This document shows, piece after piece, positions 55,279 to 64,000 of a stretch of DNA of 64,000 bases. Where the stretch lies: NCBI GenBank assembly GCA_964016885.1, contig OZ024746.1:16244001-16308000 (forward strand), written 5' to 3'. The notes under the pieces were generated by a model. The model searched no databases and was not told the origin of the DNA. It worked only from the letters and a program-made list of their open reading frames with translations. The position numbers and the translations under genes are program-made. The stretch comes from Eledone cirrhosa (taxonomy: Eukaryota). Positions within the stretch are counted from its first letter, which is position 1. The number at the start of each line of letters is the position of its first letter.

Positions 55279-55871
55279 TATTAGATAGTTTTGCCCGAGA
55301 AAATATCTATGTGTGTCATCAAACGTTGTACACACATGGATATTTTTTCAAGTTCCAATTGAGTTCTAGCACGTGGCTTGAATTCCTTTTAGAATTCATT
55401 GTCCTGCGCATGTATTGTTTTTTTTTGCGGTAATATACTTCCTCATTTTTTAATCAGTTTGAGTATTTAACAGATACCTCAGGCACTGATGGTGATTATC
55501 GCTAAATACTGATATTGGTTAGATTATCAATATTAGTATTATTGGGCACCCACTGAAAAATTATAAGAGCCCATTTGAATATATATCAGTTGATCTTATA
55601 CAAGCTCCTGCATAAACTGGTATAATTTCACCCAAATTGTAGGAATCTTATAATGAAACGAGACGTCCGTCTGGGAAGATATGTCTCATATGAAATAATA
55701 CAGCCAATTTTCCACACAATACATTTAGTTAGCACCCCGAACATTTAATTAGGAATATACTCACTTATTTCCTAATGTTTGTTGAGTGAGTTAGAATTTA
55801 GCCGGAGTATTGCTAAAAGCTTTCTCCGATAATGTATTTATTTATATATATATATATATATTTTTTTTTTA

Positions 55872-56235
55872 AATTAAACATACGGTATATTGCCAAATAT
55901 ACTATACATACATCTATATATACATAGCTATTTCAGAGCACCAATCCTAATACCTAATTTTTGCTGGACCGGCAATCGCTCTGTATAATCAGCTCCTGAT
56001 TATTACTGGAATTCTATAAGAATCCAGCTTTTATAATGTTCGGCAAAGGCAGGAGAGTGCGTGGCTCTGATGAACGCCAACCAGCGTGAAACAGACTGTC
56101 AGCTTCTCTCCCTTCTTTCGTCGAAAAGAAGTAAGTGACATAGTCACTACTTTAAAACTGATAGTGAATGGTCTTCTAAATGTTTTTAATTAAACATACG
56201 GTATATTACCAAATATGGTATACATACATTCATAT
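55872..56235 (+). mobile_element. Direct-repeat-bounded 316-bp unit carrying the hammerhead (Penelope pLTR / retrozyme-like)
   Basis: AATTAAACATACGGTATATT(G/A)CCAAATAT..TATACATACAT at 55872 and 56188; hammerhead between them; TA-rich flanks. Confidence 0.6.
56051..56111 (+). ncRNA. Type-I (minimal) hammerhead ribozyme motif
   Basis: Stem I ggct/agct plus distal ggagag/ctctcc; core CTGATGA (56067-73); stem II ACGC-caacca-GCGT; GAAA (56088-91); short stem III ACAG-a-CTGT; GTC triplet, predicted cut after 56100. Confidence 0.75.
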
Positions 56236-56618
56236 ATATATATTGTTTACTGCAATGTCTATACAATGTCTATATTGTTTAATGCAATATATATATATAT
56301 ATATCAGGTTGGAGACCATTACTCACCAGAGTACTCGATACTTGGAGTAGTAGAGTGGGTAATATGAAGAAATTCAGGACCTCGACAGCTGGGTTCTGGC
56401 CGTTGCAACAGCTAGATCCCAAATATATATATATCAAATAAACATTAACTGGTGATGATGATAAATATAATGTCTGCACCTATATTATATTATCTAATAT
56501 AATGTCAGTGCATATATATGTGTGTGTGTGTATGTATATGTGTGTGTGTGTGTAAAATGATATTGTTAGGAGTAAGCGTTAATATCTAACTCTGTTTTAT
56601 CTGTCACTAATCCTGCAG

Positions 56619-56774
56619 GTTGTCTAAAGGACACGTATCGTTCAGAGACCGAGGTTATCTGTCTTGACTGTCCAGAATCATCTCAGACAAATGGTACATT
56701 GAAAACCTCAATCAATGATTGCTTCTGTAGAGATGGTTATCTTGGCAGCCCACCTGACAACATTCCTTGTGAAG
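56619..56774 (+). CDS. Exon H, GCC2/GCC3 (ephrin-receptor-like) Cys-rich domain
   Basis: cactaatcctgcag|GT...GAAG|gtaagt; 156 nt; GCLKDTYRSETEVICLDCPESSQTNGTLKTSINDCFCRDGYLGSPPDNIPCE; CxxxTY...CxxCP...TSxxDCxCxxGY pattern as in SVEP1-type repeats. Confidence 0.9.
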
Positions 56775-57483
56775 GTAAGTACATTTTATAATTTGAATTT
56801 ATTGGTGAACAAAAGTAGACATTGATGAAAGTATTAAAAACAAAGGGAAGGAAAGAGGGTAAAGTAATAAACAGGAAAAGAGAAAAAATTAGATAATATA
56901 AAAGGAAAAGAGAAGGAAGAGACAAACTCCACACCCTTGGTTAAGCAGTATGTTTCACCAGAGCCCCGTGGACATGTTGATGAAAATATTGTCATGGAGA
57001 ACAGCCAGTGATATCCGCTACATCAGCCTTTTCACTTCACAGAACTCCTTTTTTTCTCTTGAGAAATTTGTAAGTAATGTAATTTCATGTTAGACAAATG
57101 ACTATGATTGAACCAACAAAAGGTCCTCTATGCGGTAATTCAACTTGTTAGAAATAACAGCAAAATCTGGATCAAATACCACCCTACCATCTTAAAATAT
57201 GGATACATTATATAATGGATCTTCTGTTAGCTTCAATGATGAATATTCAGTTGTTTGATCAAGTGAATAGTTGACTCATTGAAATTTCCACAGAGTGCCG
57301 ATGTACTTGAATTCCCTCACAAGATTTAGTTGACCTGGAGGTTATGGTAAATGACACTTGTCTAATGTCTAAGATGTCACACAATGGGGTTGAACTGTGA
57401 GGTTTGAGATTGAGACTCAAACTCTTTAACCACCAAGCCATGTCTTGGAGGTTTTGGTAAATGATACTTGTCTAATAAATCAC

Positions 57484-57642
57484 CAGAGGCATAACTAGAG
57501 TATGGCAAGCATGGCATGTGCCATGGGCACCACTTGGACTAAGAGCACTTTCTATTAAAGTCAGATAAGCTTTACTAGAAAGTGGGCAGAGGCACAATTT
57601 CATTACTTGCCATAGGCGCTATTTTCCCCAATTATGCCTCTA
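57484..57642 (+). mobile_element. Small hAT-like MITE remnant
   Basis: Imperfect TIRs CAGAGGCATAACT / AATTATGCCTCT; degenerate 8-bp flanks TAAATCAC/TATGTCAC. Confidence 0.5.
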
Positions 57643-58259
57643 TATGTCACATAGTAGGATAGAACACTGATGCTTGTGATTGTGGCTCACACACCTTAAC
57701 CACCCAGCCATGTCTACTTCCATTGGATAATGTACTAATTACACTCTATGGCTTGATCAGGGATGGAATGTTTTTGATCCTTCATTTGTTTCATCTGGTT
57801 TGATGTGGTTTTGATGTGGTTTTGATCTGGTTTGATCTGATGCTAAACAACATCAACAACTGACCACAATAGCCAAGGCTGCTTGTGTTGGTTATGGTGG
57901 TGTGGTGTGAGGTTGTATTTGGATATTGTGGTGTGGTGTGGTGAGGTGTAACGTGAGGCTGTGTTGTCTATATTTGCTGTCCAATCTGTTCATATCTGAT
58001 CAAAGATTTCAGCGGTGGCTCAATTATTTGAGACATGTCACATGACACGGTAAGGTGAAGGAATGGTATGTTCTGGTGTTAAAGGAGAGAAAGAGAGGAA
58101 GTCGGATGGGGAGGGCTTCAAAGAGAGATAATTTCATCAGATATTAGAAATATAATTAAATTAGTGGAGGGAATGGAGAGGGAGGGAGGTGAGGGATATA
58201 GAAAAGGCAACATTTGAAATAAGGTATTTTGATCAGACATCCTTTAGCTGTTTATAGAT

Positions 58260-58880
58260 ATGGCAGTGTTGTAATGGTGTTATTGGTGGTAGTGGTTGTG
58301 TTGGTGGTGGTGGTGGTGATGGTAGTGGCTGTGGTGGTGGTGTTGTTATTGTTAGTGGTGCAGCATTGGTAGTGGTGGTGATGGTAGTGGTGGTGGTGGT
58401 GTTATTGTTAGTGGTGGTAGTGTTGGTGGCAGCGTTGGTAGTGGTGGTGATGATAGTGGCTGTGGTGGTGGTGTTGTTATTGTTAGTGGTGGTGGCAGCA
58501 GTGGTGTTAGTGGTGGTAGTGTTGGTGGTGGTGGTGGTGGTAGTGGTGGTGGTGGTAGTGTTGGTGGTGGTGGTGGTGGTAGTGGTGGTGGTGGTAGTGT
58601 TGGTGGTGGTGGTGGTAGTGGTGGTGGTGGTGGTAGTGTTGGTGGTCATGGTGGTGGTAGTGATGGTGGTGGTGGTGGTAGTGGTGGTGGTGGTAGTGTT
58701 GGTGGTGGTGGTGGTAGTGGTGGTGGTGGTGGTAGTGTTGGTGGTCATGGTGGTGGTAGTGATGGTGGTGGTGGTGGTAGTGGTAGTGGTAGTGTTGGTG
58801 GTGGTGGTGGTGGTGGTGGTGGTGGTGGTGGTGGTGGTGGTGGTGGTGGTGGTGGTGGTGGTGGTGGTGGTGGTGGTAGT
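58260..58880. repeat. (GGT)n tract
   Basis: Direct reading. Confidence 0.95.
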
Positions 58881-59154
58881 GCTGACAATGGTTCTAATTC
58901 TGTTCAGATTTTACTCAACATCAAAAGTAATTTATTTAATTAAAAATACAAAAAGAAAATTGTTTTCCCTTCCTATGGGAAAGAAATATATATGAGTGTG
59001 TATGTGTGTATGTATGTGTGCATATATGTATATATATATATGTATATATAAGTATATATGTGTGTATATATATATATATAGATATGTGTATAGATATATA
59101 TGTGTATATATGTATATATATATATACGTGTATAGATATATATGTGTATTTATG

Positions 59155-59185
<31 letters not shown>

Positions 59186-59202
59186 CTGTGTGTATATATG
59201 TA

Positions 59203-59233
<31 letters not shown>

Positions 59234-59242
59234 CTGTGTGTG

Positions 59243-59273
<31 letters not shown>

Positions 59274-59919
59274 GTATATATTAACAGCTTACACAATACT
59301 CCACTGAGGTATTTTTCCAATATATCTATGATATATATATATATGTGTATATGTATGTATGTATATGTACATATGTATATACAGTCATACATATGAACAC
59401 ACACTTACATATACCTGCACACACGCATAAATATCAATTTCATTAAAATTATAAATGCAATGAGAAAGAAAGATAAAATGAAGATAATGATATTTTCCTA
59501 AAAGAAATGAAAAATGTTTATATATTTCATCTATTATGTCAGCATGCTATAATGATATTAACTCTTTCTTATCATACTTATAATGAAACACACTTCCTGG
59601 GTCTTTAACCATTTCCTAATCATATTTATAATATGTGTAACAGAAGACTGATTTGGTTATCCCCACCATGATATTGTAATATTTTGGTATATAGTACCAG
59701 AAAACTGATTTGGTTTTTAACCATTTTGTTATATTTATAATGAGAGACATGATTTTCACATAATTATAAAAATAATCAAGAATTTGGAGAGATTTGATAT
59801 TATTTAGTTGGTGCTTGGAATATGACTTTACAAAGCTTCTTACATAAGCTTATGATGGAAGATGTTTAGATAAATATAAACACTTTAACCCTTGTTACCA
59901 TATTTCTAATGATAAACGT

Positions 59920-60175
59920 TGCTCATGAATTTTGGAAAATGACCGAAAGAATGCAATTGCAGATACAAGCAGCTGAAATACGGGTTCCCCAAAGGGTCTT
60001 TGGCGTAACATTACTCGATAGAGTGTGTAGCTTGGAGATCAGAGAGTTGCTCCAGGTAGAGCTGCTACTTCTCCAAAATGGGGGAATCACAGCTTCGATA
60101 CTTTGGGCATAAGGTTAGAATGTTTCAGGAAAGAATCGTTGAACAAATTTTACAGACCAGCAGGAGACCTAGTGG
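59920..60175 (+). mobile_element. Rex3/Expander-like RTE C-terminal fragment
   Basis: WKMTERMQLQIQAAEIRVPQRVFGVTLLDRVCSLEIRELLQVELLLL resembles Rex3/Expander C-terminal consensus (from memory). Confidence 0.7.
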
Positions 60176-60714
60176 TAGGGATAATTGTGGTAGTGGTGGT
60201 AATAGTGGTGGTTAGTGAGTGGAGTGGTGGTGATAGTTACTGAGTTGATGATATGGTAGTGGTGGGTGTTGCATTCGTGTTGGTGGTGCTGATGGTGGTA
60301 GTGATGGTGATGATAACAACAATAGAAACAATAAAAAGATGTTGATGCTTATGATGGTGATGATGTAAAGCTGTGATGAGAATCAAAACATGATAACAAT
60401 TGGTGATGTGTTTGGTACTTAAAAAACAAATTTTAAACCTCACCTCTCATAAAAAAAACTGCCAATCCATAATTTTCTTTTACCTTAATAAGATAATTGC
60501 TATAATTAATCAAGCAATTATCATTCAATGACAACATTTCTCATTTAATTTATCACTTCTATAAGAAAACATGACAGTTTAACTACTACTACCACCACCA
60601 CTACAACCACTACTACTAACTTTCTCTCCAGCACTTATAAGTTGTTTATGATGTTGCTGTTGTTGTTGCCATTGATGATGAAAGATTAGGAACATTTTAC
60701 ATTCCTTTCTGTAA

Positions 60715-61265
60715 TTGCTGTTGACAGCTACATGTTGACATAGCTTCACTGATGTGTGGAGAGTTTAGAGCTACATGTTGACAGCTACATGTTGACATTG
60801 CTTCACTGATGTGTGGAGAGTTTACAGCTACATGTTGACATTGCTTCACTGATGTGTAGACAGTTTACAGCTACATGTTGACATAATTTCACTGATGTGT
60901 GGACAGTTTACAGCTACATGTTGACAGCCACATGTTGACATAGCTTCACTGATGTGTGGAGAGTTTACAGCTACATGTTGACATTGCTTCACTGATGTGT
61001 AGACAGTTTACAACTACATGTTGACATAATTTCACTGATGTGTGGACAGTTTACAGCTACATGTTGACATAGCTTCACTGATGTGTGGACTGTTGACAGA
61101 TACATGTAGACATAGCTTTGGTAATATGTGAAATGTTGACAGATACATGTAAATATAGCTTCAGTGATATGTGACCTGTTGACAGCTACATGTTGACATA
61201 GCTTTAGCAATGTGTGAATTGTTGACAAAGCTTCAGTGATGTGTGACTTAGCTTCACTGAGGTGT
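60715..61265. repeat. 43-bp minisatellite, ~12 copies
   Basis: TTTACAGCTACATGTTGACATAGCTTCACTGATGTGTGGA(G/C)AG. Confidence 0.9.
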
Positions 61266-61662
61266 GAATTAGGCTATGGACTGAATCTATATTCCTATAG
61301 ACAAAAATAAGAATTATTTGGCTAGAAATTCTTCAAATTACCTCAAGCAATCATAAGTGAAAAAATAAAGGGGGAGGAGAAAAGTCTAGCACATAGAGCT
61401 CCCCCTCCTGGCAGAGGTAAATACCAGCCATATACTAGGGTTGATATAATCACTTTCCCCTTCCTCACAACAAATCTAGCCTTGCACCAAAATTAAAACC
61501 CATTATATATAACCTTGACTACTAGCATGGCTGTAATTTGGGGCAATTTGTTCTAGAATTGAAGACTTAAAATATGTCCTTAGTTGCTTTTAAAGAAGTT
61601 CCCTCTGGTGCAATATCAGGTGGTTTGGGTGTTAAGAGGAAGGATTTTGTTGAAGACACAGA

Positions 61663-61903
61663 ACTATTAACCATTAAAAAATTACTATTAACCAATTGCT
61701 GTTAACCAATTATTGTTAACCAATTACTGTTAACCAGTTACCATTAACCAATTACTATTAACCAGTTACCATTAACCAATTATTAACCATTTACTATTAA
61801 CCAATTATTATTAACCATTTACTATTAATCAGTTACTATTAACCATTAACCAATTACTATTAATTAGTTACTATTAACCATTAACTAATTACTATTAACC
61901 ATT
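61663..61903. repeat. ~14-15-bp minisatellite abutting the exon I acceptor
   Basis: TTACTATTAACCAA-like units ending ~17 nt before the exon. Confidence 0.85.
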
Positions 61904-61920
61904 TTCTATTTTCTCCTCAG

Positions 61921-62043
61921 ACATCAATGAATGTGAGAACAATAATTTGGTCTGCGAATACAAATGTAAGAATACACCTGGATCTGCTTACTGCACCTGT
62001 GCCAAGGGATTTGAATTAACAGAAAACAAGATGAACTGTACAG
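61921..62043 (+). CDS. Exon I, cbEGF-like domain (GSAYC variant)
   Basis: tttctcctcag|AC...ACAG|gtaata; 123 nt; DINECENNNLVCEYKCKNTPGSAYCTCAKGFELTENKMNCT. Confidence 0.95.
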
Positions 62044-62149
62044 GTAATAGCATTTTATATTTCAATACTTTACTATTTTAGTATTGCTGTTGTTGTTACA
62101 GACACTTTACAGGGTCACAGCACCATGTGGTATATTGGGAATAACCATA

Positions 62150-62318
62150 ACTTGGAAAGAAGTGAAGAGGATGTCCCAAGATGAACTGGTGGCAGACAAT
62201 AGACAGGGACCTGAAGCTTGTCAACAAAAGTTGGAATGATGTATTGATAGATGCAACTGACTGTGGTCATTGGAGCACTTTGGCTACCTCGTGTGTCTCA
62301 AGAGAGATTCTAAGTAAG
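62150..62318 (+). mobile_element. Degenerate RTE-clade 3' end (another family)
   Basis: GKK*RGCPKMNWWQTIDRDL...W...ATDCGHWSTL followed by CTAAGTAAG tail. Confidence 0.55.
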
Positions 62319-62469
62319 AATGACGAAACGCAAAGTTTGCTTTGGCAGGATTTGAACTGAGAACATAAAGAGCCAGAACAAATACTGCTAAACATTAGTC
62401 TGATGCTGTACCAACTCTGTCAGTGGACCAAGGTCAACAATTTCTTTTTAGGGGAGGAGGGAAGTTTAT

Positions 62470-62630
62470 TAAATCCACCCCAGTACATTACTGGTACTTT
62501 ACTTTATCGACCTCGTAAGGATGAAAAGAAAATCTAACCTCAGCAGGATTTGAACTGAGAATGTAAAGGGACATAACTATATATCACAAAGCATGTTGTC
62601 CAACACTCTACCGATACTGCCAGTCCACTG
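62470..62630 (-). mobile_element. SINE family B, degenerate (further fragment ~62330-62425)
   Basis: CTGGTACTTTACTTTATCGACCTCGTAAGGATGAAA...GGATTTGAACT...CTACCGATACTGCCAGTCCAC. Confidence 0.75.
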
Positions 62631-63262
62631 ACTTAGTTGCAATATAATCAAATATATTTGATAGTTCCTGGAATATATTTATATAAAACAATAACAATTT
62701 CAATAAAGCACTTGAAACTGGGTTAAACATAAAATAATACTTTCAACAGACACAGTCAATGTTAAACAGTTTTGTTTATTTTCAGTTAAATTTACCCAAA
62801 TTTTACACAGAAGCAACTTATGTGACATCTTTGTTTTGTTCCTTCTAATATATTGTTAGGTGGGAGTTGTGATATATAATGTGTGTTGTGTGGTTGGTGT
62901 TGTGATGTATAGTATGTGTTGTGTTGTGGTGTATAGTATATGATGTATGGTTAGTGTTGTGATATACAATATGTGTTGCTGTGTATAGCATATGTTGTGT
63001 GGCTGGTGCTGATTGTTGTGTGGTTGTTGTGGTGTAGTACAGTATATGTTATATGGTTGGTCTTGATTGTAGTGTACAATATATGTTGTGTGGTTGGTGT
63101 TGTGATGTTCAGTATATGTTGTGGTGTACAGTTTGTGCTGTGGCATAGAGTATGTATTATATAATTAATGTTATATGTAATAGTGTTGGATGTTGTTGTT
63201 ATTATATATGCTGTATCTACAATAGAAATAATTCTTATTTTATATATATTTCTTATAATTAG

Positions 63263-63388
63263 ACACTGATGAATGCCTCAACAGTAACGGCAATTGTGCC
63301 CAAATCTGTATAAACAACAACGGTTCTTATCATTGTGACTGTGAACCAGAGAAATACACTTTAGCAAAGGATGGATATTCTTGTGGTG
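63263..63388 (+). CDS. Exon J, cbEGF domain
   Basis: tcttataattag|AC...GGTG|gtaagt; 126 nt; DTDECLNSNGNCAQICINNNGSYHCDCEPEKYTLAKDGYSCG. Confidence 0.95.
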
Positions 63389-63474
63389 GTAAGTTGATAT
63401 TACTTCATTTATACTGCACAGATATTTAGAATAAATAATGCAAACTATGGGTACATAAAAGATGTAGTGGGATC

Positions 63475-64000
63475 ACAGGCAAGCTATCTAAGAACGTAGA
63501 CTTTATATGTGGCCGATGCTCAGGTGCAATAAGTAGCAAGTGCCCACAGGATACTAGCTCCTTCTATTGTCCAGATGGTTCTATAGAAATAGAGGACACT
63601 TTCCATTACCTGGGTGACGAAATCAGCAGTGGTGGAGGGTGCTCTGAAAGTACAATAGCCAGAGTCAGAACGGGATGGAAAAAGTTCAGAGAGCTTATAC
63701 CACTATTGGCCACTAAAGGTTTCTCTCTGAAAATGAAAGGCAGACTGTATGATGCCTGCATACGAACAGCAATGTTACATGGCAGTGAGACATGGGCATT
63801 ACGTGCAGAGGACCTGCACAGACTGGAAAGGAATGAAGCATGCATGTAATAGTAATATACGTGAACGGCAAAGCATAAATGAACTAAGTGAGAAATTAGG
63901 TATAAGAGGGATCAGATGCTGTTTACTCGAGAGAAGACTACGTTGGTATGGTCACGTGATGCGCATGAAAGACAACAGCTGTATAAAAAAAGTGCAGGGC
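63475..64000 (+). mobile_element. RTE LINE fragment (C-terminal region), runs off window
   Basis: F.CGRCSG, FHYLGDEISSGGGCSES..ARVRTGWKKFREL; inverted relative to 53265-54207. Confidence 0.92.

Noticed and set aside
55280-55845. Possible Penelope GIY-YIG remnant on the minus strand (KYIIGES)
   Set aside because: Only a few residues match amid many stops; needs a profile search.

Overview
Eukaryotic, very AT-rich, microsatellite-saturated DNA. The SINE/RTE repertoire and (TA)n/(CA)n landscape look like an octopus (coleoid cephalopod) genome; this is inferred, not proven. The window is the interior of one large + strand gene that the ORF track almost entirely misses. It has seven phase-1 calcium-binding-EGF exons, one GCC2/GCC3 (ephrin-receptor-like, SVEP1/SCUBE-type) Cys-rich exon, a candidate 135-nt basic linker exon and a candidate 24-nt microexon. 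All ten splice into one stop-free frame with an internal higher-order repeat; no start or stop exon is visible. Introns contain two tRNA-derived SINE families, several RTE-clade LINE fragments, a deleted Hsmar2-like mariner, a Tigger/pogo fragment, hAT-type MITEs and about ten minisatellites. Most notable are: (1) sense-strand minisatellites built from splice signals (AG|GTAAG ratchet-like and TACTAAC units) next to exons; (2) a type-I hammerhead ribozyme inside a 316-bp direct-repeat-bounded Penelope/retrozyme-like unit; (3) a series of long fold-back hairpins in (TA)n tracts; (4) inverted retroelement pairs bracketing exons. Nearly all ORFs in the supplied track are microsatellite artefacts.
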